From NCBI GenBank assembly GCA_040005235.1, contig JBDTZG010000003.1:32001-96000 (forward strand): DNA of 64,000 bases. The letters are read 5' to 3'. Position 1 is the first letter of the stretch. Every line of letters starts with the position of its first letter. The notes under the pieces are model-generated. The model worked only from the letters and a program-made list of their open reading frames with translations, had not been told where the DNA came from and searched no databases. Of this stretch, positions 1 through 9,688 are shown in pieces. The position numbers were made by a program, and so were the translations under genes. Origin of the DNA: Acidobacteriota bacterium (GTDB taxonomy: Bacteria; Acidobacteriota; Thermoanaerobaculia; Multivoradales; UBA5704).

Positions 1-149
1 ACCGGAAACTGTTGACGGTAAGTCAACCAGGATTGTTTAAGAAGGGTGCGCAGCTCTGATCTATGTGTGACCGGCACGACCCACCGCTCGTCCGGCTGCT
101 TTGGCGTTAATGGCTCGCGCCCAGGAACATCTGTCCCTTCGGTCGGCAT
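1..149 (-). CDS. 5' part of a hypothetical protein running off the left edge (MPTEGTDVPGREPLTPKQPDERWVVPVTHRSELRTLLKQSWLTYRQQFP...)
   Basis: ATG at 149 on the minus strand, preceded by purine-rich GGAGAAGGGG; frame open to the window edge; not in the ORF track. Confidence 0.4.
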   Translation of the reverse strand, partial: MPTEGTDVPGREPLTPKQPDERWVVPVTHRSELRTLLKQSWLTYRQQFP

Positions 150-355
150 ACGGCTATCCCCTTCTCCGCGATTGACTTGCAGTATTAGACCTGGTTCAGA
201 AGCCGTCGCCAACAGTGTAGAAGACAACGCGGACGAGGAAAGCGTTTATAGGGACCCTGCCGTCCTGTAGGAGCCCGTGCCCGGAACCGGCAGCAACGTG
301 CAGATCACCACCGCCGCGCGGCTCGGACCGCTCACCAGCCAGCGGGGCCTCCAAG

Positions 356-616
356 TCACACTCGTCGATCCGGCCTCCCAGACTCAAGCGGAGTCAAGTT
401 GGATTTCCAATCCGTGACCCCGTCGGAATCTCCTACGACCACCCTGTCGTCACTGTAGACGTACAATTCTTGTTCAAATGGCGCCGGTCCACCTGAAGAA
501 TGAATAACGACCAAAGTGTTACCTGATGGCGGTGAATGCCGCGTTAGATTGGAGCATGCCATCGCAATGGACATCCCCGACGCGAGCGTGAGGACTACGA
601 TTTTTTGAATGTACAT
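356..616 (-). CDS. Small putative lipoprotein, possibly truncated
   Basis: MYIQKIVVLTLASGMSIAMAC is signal/lipobox-like; AT-richer than the flanks; C-terminus looks abrupt. Confidence 0.35.
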   Translation of the reverse strand: MYIQKIVVLTLASGMSIAMACSNLTRHSPPSGNTLVVIHSSGGPAPFEQELYVYSDDRVVVGDSDGVTDWKSNLTPLESGRPDRRV

Positions 617-666
617 TGACGACCTCTCCCGTCGATTGAGGGAAAGCCTGGTATACAGTCCCGGCC

Positions 667-1143
667 ATGCGACCCTCCCCCACCGATGCACGTTTCGCCC
701 TGCTGATTGTTTTCGCGTCGACCTACCTCTCCGCTTGTGCCACGACCCCGCCGACGAAACCGCAGCCGAGCAAGGGGGAAAACGTCGTCGCCGTCTCCGG
801 ACCTCGGCTCGGGGTTCAGCAGATCGAACCGACTCAATGCACCTCGGGCGGTCGCTACCTTTTTCTGGGAGCCGATCTGATCGACGAACGCTCCGGCTTG
901 TTCGTCCGTCTGGTGGTCGATCCCGTACACGGCGACGTGGTGCGGGTGTTCGACCCGAAGCACGACGACACCCGGTCGCTGATTCTCTCCCGCTCGGTCT
1001 GCACGAAGTTCGACAATCAACTGGAGTTCGGCGATTCGATGGTCAACGGCGTGCGCTCGATGAAGGTCAAGATCGCGCTCGACTGCCATACCCCCAGCGG
1101 AGACTTCGTCGTCGGCAACGCGTCGAGCGAGAGCTGTCTCTAG
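667..1143 (+). CDS. Hypothetical lipoprotein
   Basis: Hydrophobic N-terminus with lipobox LSAC; GC3-biased codons. Confidence 0.7.
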   Translation: MRPSPTDARFALLIVFASTYLSACATTPPTKPQPSKGENVVAVSGPRLGVQQIEPTQCTSGGRYLFLGADLIDERSGLFVRLVVDPVHGDVVRVFDPKHDDTRSLILSRSVCTKFDNQLEFGDSMVNGVRSMKVKIALDCHTPSGDFVVGNASSESCL

Positions 1144-1204
1144 CTCTCACTCCGGAGCGGCAAGCCCGCCCCGGGGCGAACGGCCCCAAGGGAGGAAGGA
1201 CTCG

Positions 1205-3136
1205 ATGGCCAGCGTGCTTGAGTACCGCCAACATCTGCTCCGGAGCTACCCGGATGTTTACACGTCGGCGGCGTTGGCGGCTCTCAAGGAGCTGGCACCG
1301 CTCGACCCCGAGCGCCGGGCGGTGATGTCGGCGCGGGTGGCGCGCCGGTTGGCGCGGGCGCGCGACCGCCGACGGATCGACTTCCTCAACCCAGACGCGC
1401 TCATCCCGCGGACTGAAGTGACCGTGCGCGACGCCCGCGCCGGCAACTTCCTCGGCGGCGACATTCCTACCGACCTCCGCCGCCAGTGGATCCAGGGCAC
1501 CGGCCCGGCGACCAAGCCGCACGCATCGGTCGCGAACGGCTTGCGCAACGTCGCCTATGCGCTCCTTTCGGGGGCCGACGGCTGGATGTTCGACGGCGAG
1601 GATGCGCTCGGCCAAGTCGCGACCATGGCGCTCGACAACCAGCGCAATCTGCGGCTCGCGATCGCTCGCGATCCGCAGTTCCTGGCGGTGGCTGAGGAAG
1701 TGGCGGCGGAGATGAACCGCTGGTCGGCCGGCTTCTTCGGTCGACCGATCGTCGCCGACCGGAACCGCCAGCTCGATGTCACGACGCCGATCTTTCGCGC
1801 CCGCGGCCTTCACCTCGACGATCGGCACGTGCGCTGGAACACCGGGCAGGGCTTCTCGGCCTCCCTCGTTGACCTCGCCCTCTACGTCGTCAACAACCAG
1901 GAGCGGCTGCGCGCCGAGGGCCGGTCGATCGTCCTCTATCTGCCGAAGATCCAGACGGCGGAGGAGGCCGCCCTATGGAACGCGATGCTCGTCGCTTTGG
2001 AAGGGCACCTGGGGCTCCCGGTCGGCACGATCAAAACCTATGTTCTGGTCGAACAGCTGGAGGCGAGCTTCCAGTTGATGGAGATCCGCGCGGCCCTGGC
2101 GCCGCATTTTGTCGGCTTCAACACCGGGCGTTGGGACTACATCAATAGCGTCGCCGACGCTCTGGCCTGGGACGCCGAATTCGTCAACCCGAACATCGAC
2201 GCCATCGGCATGACGTACGGCTACCTGCGGACCTACGAGGACCGCGTGCGGCGGGCGGTCAACACACCGGACCGAAACGGTCGCTGCGCGCTGTGGCAGG
2301 GCGGCATGGAGCCCAACATCCCCGTGGGCTCTGCGGCGGGGGTCGCCGCCGGTATGACGCGGGCGCTTGCAGGCGGCGAACGTGAGCAGCGGGCGGGAGC
2401 GAGCGGCAAGTGGGTGGCGCACTGGAAGATGGTGCACATCGTGCGGCCGGTTTGGAAGCGGGTGGGTGAGGACAACCAGCTCGGTCGAGCCTTCCCGGCA
2501 CTTACCTATACACCTGAGGACGCCGCGGGTCTGACGGTGCTGGAGCCGGCGCCGCGCACCGTGCGGGGAGCCCGCGATCTCCTGAGCGTGGCCCTCCAAT
2601 ACGGCAACGCGTTCGCGCAGGGATTCCAGGCCGCCGCACTCAAACCGGCCGACTTCTTCGGCAACGACGACATCCTCTACCTGATGGAGGATATGGCGAC
2701 CGGCGAGATCCGGTTGAGCATCCTCTGGGAGTGGCTGCACAAGCAGGCCCGCTTCACGTCGGACGACGCCGTGGTCGGCGTCAGGGCTCACGATCCCTTC
2801 ACGCCGGAGCTCTTCGCGCGGCTGCTCGACGAGGAGTACGCGAAGCTGCTGGGGGCCGGCGACCGCGATGTCCATGACGACTCGAAGGCGACGACGCTGC
2901 CCATCGCTCGCGCCATCGTCGAAGCCTACGTGACGACGCAAATCAAGGCGCCCTGGTACATCGACCTGCTCAATCTGAATCTCGACAACCATCAGCTCAA
3001 GATCGCCCGCGAACGAATCGTCCGTTACCTTGAGGCCTTCTCCGCCGACGGGACCCGACTCACCGAGAACCTCGATTTCACGGCGCCTCCCGGCGAACCT
3101 AATTCGCCAAGCTCTGGCCCGATGGAACCTGTCTGA
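1205..3136 (+). CDS. aceB: Malate synthase (MSA-like)
   Basis: Motifs R-A-R-G-L-H-L-D-D, LYLPKIQ, GTIKTYVLVE, GFNTGRWDYINS, LMEDMATGEI; RBS GGAGGAAGG. Confidence 0.9.
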   Translation: MASVLEYRQHLLRSYPDVYTSAALAALKELAPLDPERRAVMSARVARRLARARDRRRIDFLNPDALIPRTEVTVRDARAGNFLGGDIPTDLRRQWIQGTGPATKPHASVANGLRNVAYALLSGADGWMFDGEDALGQVATMALDNQRNLRLAIARDPQFLAVAEEVAAEMNRWSAGFFGRPIVADRNRQLDVTTPIFRARGLHLDDRHVRWNTGQGFSASLVDLALYVVNNQERLRAEGRSIVLYLPKIQTAEEAALWNAMLVALEGHLGLPVGTIKTYVLVEQLEASFQLMEIRAALAPHFVGFNTGRWDYINSVADALAWDAEFVNPNIDAIGMTYGYLRTYEDRVRRAVNTPDRNGRCALWQGGMEPNIPVGSAAGVAAGMTRALAGGEREQRAGASGKWVAHWKMVHIVRPVWKRVGEDNQLGRAFPALTYTPEDAAGLTVLEPAPRTVRGARDLLSVALQYGNAFAQGFQAAALKPADFFGNDDILYLMEDMATGEIRLSILWEWLHKQARFTSDDAVVGVRAHDPFTPELFARLLDEEYAKLLGAGDRDVHDDSKATTLPIARAIVEAYVTTQIKAPWYIDLLNLNLDNHQLKIARERIVRYLEAFSADGTRLTENLDFTAPPGEPNSPSSGPMEPV

Positions 3137-4601
3137 AATCTGAGGCGGCGGGCTCGGCCGCGTCCGGTGCGCGGCGGCGTAGCGCGAGCACGGCGAGCAC
3201 CACCATCAGCCCCTGCGGAAGCAGATTGACCAGCGCCTTGATCCGCGGGTCGACCGGCCAGTCGACCGCCCAGTAGATGTTGAGCGTTGCCCACGCGGCC
3301 AAAGTCCACCCGAGGACGCGCGGCCGCGGGACGTAGGTGGAGGCGAGCAACGTGAGCAGCCAGAGTGCAGGGAATACACCGTACGCGTTCGGCAGGAACG
3401 GGCTCCTCAGCGTGGCGAGGATCAGGATGGCAAGCCAGACCAGAGGCATCTCGGCCCGGGTCTGAGGACGCCGAGCCGCGAGCACCGTGGCCACCAGAGC
3501 GATTACGGTGTAGATCCACCCGATGATCTTCGCCGCCGCGAAGCCCATGCCCGGCACGCCGAAGAGCTTGAGCTTCCACGCCAACCCTGGCACCGACATG
3601 TTGATCGCAATCGCCGACGGGTTTCTGAAGGCGGGGAAGGCCTCGCCCCCGACCAGTCCGGGGAGGTGGTCGAGGAAGGAGGAGAACGGCGCCCACCCGA
3701 GGTCGGCCAGAGTGAGAACTGAGAGCGCGGCGCCCATCGCCGCCGTCCAGGCCGCTGCGCGCCATTGGCGCCTGGCCAGAAGGTAGAAGCACAGGAGACC
3801 CGGATAGAGCTTGCTGACCGTCGCGAAACCCAACAAGAGGCCGCCGCTCGCGAAGCGGCGGCGCTCGAAGAGGACCATGGCGACCATCGAAATCGCGATG
3901 ATCACGCCATGCACGTTTCCCTTCTGCAACATGCTGAGGGTGGGCACCGCCGCCCAGACGAGCGGCGACAGCAACAGGGCACGCGTCCCGGCGGCCGGAC
4001 CGACGAATCGGGCCACGAGGAGAAGAGCGAGCAAGATTACCCCGCCTTCGAGCGCAAACCAGAGCATGCGCTGATCGAGGAACGCGGGAGCGAGCAGCTG
4101 CAGGCCGCGCGGCAGAAGCAGAAACTGCGGTGGATACTCGAAAACGTCGATCTTGAAGGGTCCGATCGAACGCGCCTTGCGGATCGCCGTCGGATCGTCG
4201 TTCGGCAGGTTGTAGAGCCTCTCGTCGTAGACGTTCGGGTGGGCTCGGGCCGCTGCTCCGGCGACCACGTAGGCGGAAACGCACGAGTGCCGGACCTCCC
4301 AGTCGCTCGACGGGATGAGCGAGTAGGAGACCTGCGCCGGGTCAACGATGTAGACGGAAAGCCGCGCCACCAGGACGAGCGCGACGACGGCCCCCCCAGC
4401 CGCCAGGGCCTTGAGCCTCGCCGAGCAGGCGCCCTCATCGAGGGCGATCGCCGGGTGGCGGTACGTACCCCAACCAGTGACCGCCCCAACCGCGAGGGCG
4501 ATCAGACCGGCGGCCGGAATCGAGTGGGTGACCCCGAGAACCGCGGTGAACCCAAAGATTCCCACAGCTAGGGAAAGAGCGAGAGACACCGGCACTCGCA
4601 T
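3099..4601 (-). CDS. GT87/DUF2029-type membrane glycosyltransferase (GT-C fold)
   Basis: Polytopic; FEYPPQFLLL, QKGNVHG, KLYPGLL, NMSVPGL motifs; overlaps the aceB 3' end by 38 bp. Confidence 0.8.
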   Translation of the reverse strand: MRVPVSLALSLAVGIFGFTAVLGVTHSIPAAGLIALAVGAVTGWGTYRHPAIALDEGACSARLKALAAGGAVVALVLVARLSVYIVDPAQVSYSLIPSSDWEVRHSCVSAYVVAGAAARAHPNVYDERLYNLPNDDPTAIRKARSIGPFKIDVFEYPPQFLLLPRGLQLLAPAFLDQRMLWFALEGGVILLALLLVARFVGPAAGTRALLLSPLVWAAVPTLSMLQKGNVHGVIIAISMVAMVLFERRRFASGGLLLGFATVSKLYPGLLCFYLLARRQWRAAAWTAAMGAALSVLTLADLGWAPFSSFLDHLPGLVGGEAFPAFRNPSAIAINMSVPGLAWKLKLFGVPGMGFAAAKIIGWIYTVIALVATVLAARRPQTRAEMPLVWLAILILATLRSPFLPNAYGVFPALWLLTLLASTYVPRPRVLGWTLAAWATLNIYWAVDWPVDPRIKALVNLLPQGLMVVLAVLALRRRAPDAAEPAASDFRQVPSGQSLAN

Positions 4602-4732
4602 CGGAGTTTCGTTTTGCAATCAGGCCTCCCGGAGGCGTGCCAAATTCGCAACGCGCTTCCACGTTCGATCGACGTCAAGTCGCCACGGAGCAAGACCGTA
4701 GCGATTGCGGGATGTTACCGCGCCTTGCCTAT

Positions 4733-4748
4733 TGGCACTCCGATTGCT
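4733..4748 (+). promoter_or_regulatory. Sigma54 (-24/-12) promoter upstream of the L,D-transpeptidase
   Basis: TGGCAC-TCCGA-TTGCT matches consensus TGGCAC-N5-TTGC; intergenic, ~110 bp before the start. Confidence 0.7.
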
Positions 4749-4859
4749 CGTCTCTACCGTTTGGAGAGCGAGGACGGAGCGTCTCCGTTCTGCCATACCC
4801 CGGCTGAATTTAGCCGTAAGGTCCGCGGAGGACCGCCATTACGAGGGAAGCAGAGGTCG

Positions 4860-5582
4860 ATGATGATGTCGTTTAGCCGTCGTTTCGTGGTCGTGCTCAT
4901 CGCGCTCGTCGCGGGTCCTGCCGCCGCGTCGGAGAAAGCCGCCCTCTCTCGGGCCGCGATCCTCCAAGCCGAGCAGCGGCTCGCCAACCTCGGCTTCTGG
5001 ACGGGACCGGTCGACGGCGTCTGGGACGGCGCGTCGCGCCAGGCCCTCGTCGCCTTTCAAAAGACGCAACGGGCACGGCCCACGGGCCAGCTCACCCGGG
5101 CCGAATGGAACGCCCTGTCGGCGGCGGTGCCGTTCCGGCCGCGCGAGGCGCGCGGCCTGCACGTCGAGATCGACATCGCCCGACAGGTGCTGTTCCTCGT
5201 GGACGGCGAGGGCAAGGTCGGCAACATCCTCCCCATCTCTTCCGGCAGCGGCAAGACATTCCACGAAAACGGCTATCCCGAGACCCTCGCCGTCACCCCG
5301 TGCGGCCGGCTGGAGGTCTATGCCAAGACCTCGGGGTGGAAGACGAGCCCGCTCGGCAAGATGCACAACCCCATGTACATCGTGGGCGGCATCGCGATTC
5401 ATGGCAGCGAGGATATTCGCACCTACCCCGCGAGCCACGGGTGTATCCGGATCCCCATGTTCGCCTCGCACCTCCTGCCGAAGCTCGTGCCGAAAGGGAC
5501 GCCGGTCTACGTCTATGGCTGCACGGAGGAGCGGCCCGCCGGGTCGGAGACCGCCGCGGGGATCGCGGCGGCGCAGCCCTAA
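4860..5582 (+). CDS. L,D-transpeptidase family protein with N-terminal peptidoglycan-binding domain
   Basis: Signal peptide; PG-binding QRLANLGFWTGPVDGVWDGASRQALVAFQ; YkuD catalytic IAIHG...ASHGCIR. Confidence 0.9.
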   Translation: MMMSFSRRFVVVLIALVAGPAAASEKAALSRAAILQAEQRLANLGFWTGPVDGVWDGASRQALVAFQKTQRARPTGQLTRAEWNALSAAVPFRPREARGLHVEIDIARQVLFLVDGEGKVGNILPISSGSGKTFHENGYPETLAVTPCGRLEVYAKTSGWKTSPLGKMHNPMYIVGGIAIHGSEDIRTYPASHGCIRIPMFASHLLPKLVPKGTPVYVYGCTEERPAGSETAAGIAAAQP

Positions 5583-5602
5583 ATCGTTCGCTACCCCGAG
5601 CG

Positions 5603-6082
5603 CTACCCGCGCCGAGCTGCCTCGATCGCGGCGACGTCGATTTTCTGCATCGTCATCATCGCCGCGAAGGCACGCTTGGCCTCCGCGCCGCCGGCGGCCA
5701 TCGCCTCGGTGAGCACGCGCGGAGTGATCTGCCAGGAGAGGCCCCAGCGATCCTTACACCATCCGCATTGGCTTACTTCGCCGCCATTGCCGACGATCGC
5801 ATTCCAGTAGCGGTCCGTTTCTTCCTGATCGTCCGTGGCGATTTGGAAGGAAAACGCCTCGCTCTGCTTGAACGCCGGGCCGCCGTTGAGACCGACACAC
5901 GAAACGCCACAAACGGTGAACTCCACCGTCAGCACTTCGCCTTCCTTGCCGTCCGGAAAGTCACCCGGCGCCTTGTGAACTGCGGTCACTTCACTGTTCG
6001 GAAAAGTGGCGGCGTAAAAACGCGCGGCCTCTTCCGCGTCCTTATCGAACCAGAGGCAGATTGTGTTTTTGGGGATCGTCAT
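5603..6082 (-). CDS. VOC/PhnB-like protein (3-demethylubiquinone-9 3-methyltransferase family)
   Basis: ICLWFDKDAEEAARFY, LNGGPAF, CGWCKDRWGLSWQI, MQKIDVA. Confidence 0.9.
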   Translation of the reverse strand: MTIPKNTICLWFDKDAEEAARFYAATFPNSEVTAVHKAPGDFPDGKEGEVLTVEFTVCGVSCVGLNGGPAFKQSEAFSFQIATDDQEETDRYWNAIVGNGGEVSQCGWCKDRWGLSWQITPRVLTEAMAAGGAEAKRAFAAMMTMQKIDVAAIEAARRG

Positions 6083-6219
6083 GGTGTGCTCCTTGGGTTC
6101 GGAACCGTGCGAAAACGACGGCTCTAGCGTGAGCCCTCAGCTTATTGCGGATTCGGCGAATTCCGTGCCCGAACGACGGAACTCGATGTACGCTGCACCC
6201 GGAGGAGGCACCGACTCTG

Positions 6220-6894
6220 ATGGAGACCTCTGTCTTCCTGATCCCCGGCCTACACGGCACCGCCGCTCTGTTCGGACCGTTCAGCTCGCTGGCGCCGCGG
6301 GGTTTCCAATGCCAAACGATTCCGCTGCCTACCGGCGGCGAGCAGGAAGCCGACGCTCTCGCGGCACGGATGGCGGAGACGTTGCCCCAGGCGGAACGCT
6401 TCGTCCTCCTCGCCGAGTCGTTCGGCGGGCCGATCGCCGCCCGGCTCGCCGAGCATTTCCCCGGCCGGGTGATCCTGCTGGTCCTTTCAAACCCGCTCAC
6501 CACCGTGCCCGTCCCCTTCCCCGCCGGGCTCGCCGGAAGCCTCATGCAGTCCCGCCGGATGCCCTTGGGCGCCCTGGCGTTCATGATGACCGGCGGCGAC
6601 CGAGCCCTCGCCAAGGCGCTTCTGCGTGAGCTTCACTCGGTCCCACCGGAAACCCTCAAGCGTCGCCTCGCCGCCACCTCCAGGGCCAAAGGAAGCTACA
6701 TTCCGGAGCACGCCGGCTGCCGGATGTTGACCCTCCTGGGGACCTCCGACCGCCTCATCTCCCCCGCCAAAAGCCGCAAGCTCCTGGCGCCGATCCCCGA
6801 CAACACCCTGGTCGAGATCGAGGCGCCGCATCTGTTGCTTCAGACCCGGCCCGCCGAGGCATGGAAGGCCATCCTCCGCGAGCTCGATCGATGA
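6220..6894 (+). CDS. Alpha/beta hydrolase
   Basis: LIPGLHGT oxyanion region, nucleophile AESFGG, D in GTSDRLI, H in APHLLLQ; RBS GGAGGAGG. Confidence 0.85.
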   Translation: METSVFLIPGLHGTAALFGPFSSLAPRGFQCQTIPLPTGGEQEADALAARMAETLPQAERFVLLAESFGGPIAARLAEHFPGRVILLVLSNPLTTVPVPFPAGLAGSLMQSRRMPLGALAFMMTGGDRALAKALLRELHSVPPETLKRRLAATSRAKGSYIPEHAGCRMLTLLGTSDRLISPAKSRKLLAPIPDNTLVEIEAPHLLLQTRPAEAWKAILRELDR

Positions 6895-6993
6895 GGCGTC
6901 CGAGGGCATGGTAATGTGGCGAGGCAACCCTCCGCAAAGCTCCAGCAGCTCCCCAGCAGGTGCCGAGCGACCTATCTTCAATGGAGAAAGTCA

Positions 6994-7581
6994 ATGAATG
7001 TCACGAAGTCCTCTTCTCTGATTTCCTATGTCGGCGTCCTGGCGATGTCGCTTGTGCTCACCGGCTGCGGCACGAAGCTCGACATGAGCGTCATCAACAA
7101 GTCCATCAGCGATGGGCTCGCCAGCCAATTGGGCCTTACGGACGCGGTGGTGACCTGCCCTCTGGAAGCCCCCCCCGCCAAGGCGGGCGATACGTTTGAA
7201 TGTGAAGCGAAACCGAAGGACGGCGGCCGGCTCACGCTCAAGGTGACGCAGAAGGACGACAAGGGTAACGTCGCCTGGGACTTGGTGAAGATCGAGGGCA
7301 TGATCAATCTCAAGACGGCGGAGGAAGCCATCACCACGGGTCTCAAGGAACAGACCGGAGCCGATGTCACCGTCTCCTGCGGCGAGCAAGGCGGCAGCAG
7401 CCTGCGCGCGGCTAAGGCGGGCGAGACGTTCGATTGCCAGGCCAAATCGGCGGACGGCACCTCCAACACCGTCGTGGTGACGATGAAGGACAACGAGGGC
7501 AACATCAGTTGGGCACTTCAGCAGCCGGCGGAAGAAGCGACCGAGGAACCCGCCGAGACCTCGGAGCCGGAAGGAAAGTAA
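6994..7581 (+). CDS. Lipoprotein with two DUF4333-like domains
   Basis: Lipobox LTGC; repeated VTCP...AKAGDTFEC / VSCG...AKAGETFDC modules. Confidence 0.8.
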   Translation: MNVTKSSSLISYVGVLAMSLVLTGCGTKLDMSVINKSISDGLASQLGLTDAVVTCPLEAPPAKAGDTFECEAKPKDGGRLTLKVTQKDDKGNVAWDLVKIEGMINLKTAEEAITTGLKEQTGADVTVSCGEQGGSSLRAAKAGETFDCQAKSADGTSNTVVVTMKDNEGNISWALQQPAEEATEEPAETSEPEGK

Positions 7582-7735
7582 GCCCCCTCCTCCCTTAGAA
7601 GTCGCCGACCACAGAGCAAGCGCCGGTATCGCGTTGTTTCACGCTTGAGACAGCCGATACCTACGACTGCCACGGCGCGTCGTCCTCTTCGGGGGCCGGT
7701 CGAATCGCCGATGCTGCCCAAGGAGAACCCGCCGC

Positions 7736-8983
7736 ATGAATCCTTCCTCCGTCGTCGAGCGCTTCCTGCGCTATGTGACCTTTGACACCCAGTCGTCCGA
7801 GAGCTCGGACACCTATCCCAGCACTTTGAAGCAGCTCGACCTCCTGCACCTGCTGGCCGAGGAGCTGCGCGGGCTGGGGCTCTCGGACGCCGAGATGGAT
7901 TCGCACGGCTATGTGATGGCGACGATCCCGGCGACCAGCGGAAAGGCGAACGTTCCGGTGATCGGATTCATCGCCCACGTGGACACCTCGCCCGAGATGA
8001 GCGGCGCCGGGGTAAAGCCGATCATCCACCGCAACTACCAGGGCCAAGAGATCGTCCTTCCCGACGACCCGACGGCCGTGCTGCGCCCGTCGGAGCTTCC
8101 CTACCTGACCGAGCGGATCGGCGACGATTTGATCACCGCGTCGGGCACTACCTTGCTTGGCGCCGACAACAAGGCTGGAGTGGCTGAGATCATGGCCGCC
8201 GCGGAGTTCCTGCTCGCGCATCCGGAGATTCCGCACGGGCCGATCCGCATCGGCTTCACTCCCGATGAAGAGGTGGGCCAAGGCACCAAGTATTTCGACG
8301 TCAAGAAGTTCGGCGCCACTTGCGCCTACACGATGGACGGCGGCCGCCGCGGCGAGATCGAGTTCGAGAGCTTCTCTGCCGACTCGATGACGATCACTTT
8401 CCAAGGACGGAACACCCATCCGGGCTTTGCCAAGGGGGTGATGGTCAACTCGATCAAAGTCGCCGCCGACTTCATCCACCGCCTGCCGAAAGACGGCCTC
8501 GCTCCCGAAACGACCGACGATTACGAGGGGTACGTCCATCCCTATGTGCTCACCCCGAGTGTTGATCAAACGGCGGTGAAGCTGCTGATCCGCGACTTCA
8601 AAACCGCCGCACTGGGCGAGAAAGAAGCCTGGCTCCAAAAGCTCGCCCAAGAGACCGTCGCCGACTGGCCGGGCGCCACCTTCGAGGTAAAGGTCGAAGA
8701 GAGCTACCGCAACATGCGCGAGGTGCTCGACCACCACCCGCAAGTGGTCGAAAACGCCCGCGAGGCAATCCGCCGCGCGGGCATCGAACCGCACAGCCAG
8801 CCGATCCGCGGCGGCACCGACGGCTCGAAACTCAGCTTCATGGGACTGCCCACCCCCAATGTCTTTGCCGGAGAGCAGAGCTTCCACTCCCGCTTCGAAT
8901 GGGCCTCGGCCCAAGACATGGAAAAAGCGGTCGAGGTGATTATCGAGCTGGCGAAGGTTTGGGAGGAGCGGTCGGAAGCTTGA
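7736..8983 (+). CDS. pepT: Peptidase T (M20B tripeptidase)
   Basis: VERFLRYV, FIAHVDTSP, LLGADNKAG, FTPDEEVG, PIRGGTDG, FHSRFEW. Confidence 0.95.
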   Translation: MNPSSVVERFLRYVTFDTQSSESSDTYPSTLKQLDLLHLLAEELRGLGLSDAEMDSHGYVMATIPATSGKANVPVIGFIAHVDTSPEMSGAGVKPIIHRNYQGQEIVLPDDPTAVLRPSELPYLTERIGDDLITASGTTLLGADNKAGVAEIMAAAEFLLAHPEIPHGPIRIGFTPDEEVGQGTKYFDVKKFGATCAYTMDGGRRGEIEFESFSADSMTITFQGRNTHPGFAKGVMVNSIKVAADFIHRLPKDGLAPETTDDYEGYVHPYVLTPSVDQTAVKLLIRDFKTAALGEKEAWLQKLAQETVADWPGATFEVKVEESYRNMREVLDHHPQVVENAREAIRRAGIEPHSQPIRGGTDGSKLSFMGLPTPNVFAGEQSFHSRFEWASAQDMEKAVEVIIELAKVWEERSEA

Positions 8984-9004
8984 GTGCTCTGACCCTCCAG
9001 AACC

Positions 9005-9042
9005 TTGACCTGCCTGCATGGAATCCCTAAACTGCCTGCATG
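9005..9042 (+). promoter_or_regulatory. Sigma70 promoter and direct-repeat operator of the toxin-antitoxin operon (probably leaderless)
   Basis: TTGACC-17 bp-TAAACT, ATG 6 nt after the -10 box; CTGCCTGCATG repeated at 9010-9020 and 9032-9042. Confidence 0.6.
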
Positions 9043-9282
9043 CAATACACCCTTCGGAATGTGCCGCCGCATCTCGACCAGGCGTTGCGCCATCGAGCGC
9101 AAGAAGAGAGAAAGAGCCTGAATGAGGTCGCTCTCGAAGCGCTGCTCCAAGCCTTTGCGCTGAGGGGAGAGGAACTCAAGCGGCGGGACCTTGGCGACGT
9201 GGCCGGCACCTGGATCGAAGACCCGGAAGTGGATCGTGCCCTCGAAGAGCAGAGGAAGATCGATCCCGAACTGTGGCGTTGA
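9040..9282 (+). CDS. Antitoxin, ribbon-helix-helix/FitA-like
   Basis: YTLRNVPPHLDQALRHRAQEERKSLNEV RHH pattern; stop overlaps the toxin start. Confidence 0.85.
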   Translation: MQYTLRNVPPHLDQALRHRAQEERKSLNEVALEALLQAFALRGEELKRRDLGDVAGTWIEDPEVDRALEEQRKIDPELWR

Positions 9283-9662
9283 GGCTCGCCCTCGACACCA
9301 ACCGCTTCTCGGATCTCTGCCGAGGGGATACCGAACTGGAGCTACTCGTGGAACGAGCCGAAGCGGTTTTCTTGCCCTTCGTAACGGTCGCCGAGCTGCG
9401 TGCAGGATTTTCGCTCGGCACCAAAGGCCGAGAAAACGAGAAGGTATTGCAACGCTTCCTCGCCAAACCCGGAGTCGCCATTCTGTGGCCCACAGAGGCG
9501 ACCACCCGGCAATACGCGGCCCTCTACCGTCAGCTGTGGGAGCAAAGGACGCCGATTCCCACGAACGACCTTTGGATTGCCGCCCTGGTGAGCGAGCACG
9601 GACTGGTGCTCTGCGATCGCGATCGGCATTTTGACGCGCTGCCCCAGTTGGAACGGGTATAG
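9279..9662 (+). CDS. vapC: PIN-domain toxin (VapC family)
   Basis: LALDTN, VAELRAG, IPTNDLWIAA, DRDRHFD; TTGA overlap with the antitoxin. Confidence 0.9.
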   Translation: MRLALDTNRFSDLCRGDTELELLVERAEAVFLPFVTVAELRAGFSLGTKGRENEKVLQRFLAKPGVAILWPTEATTRQYAALYRQLWEQRTPIPTNDLWIAALVSEHGLVLCDRDRHFDALPQLERV

Positions 9663-9688
9663 AGCCGGTTTGAGCCGGATGGGCCCCT

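Noticed and set aside
150-420. Integron attC site or cassette boundary in the AT-richer left end
   Set aside because: I could not find paired RYYYAAC/GTTRRRY boxes with the required internal symmetry, and there is no integrase in view.
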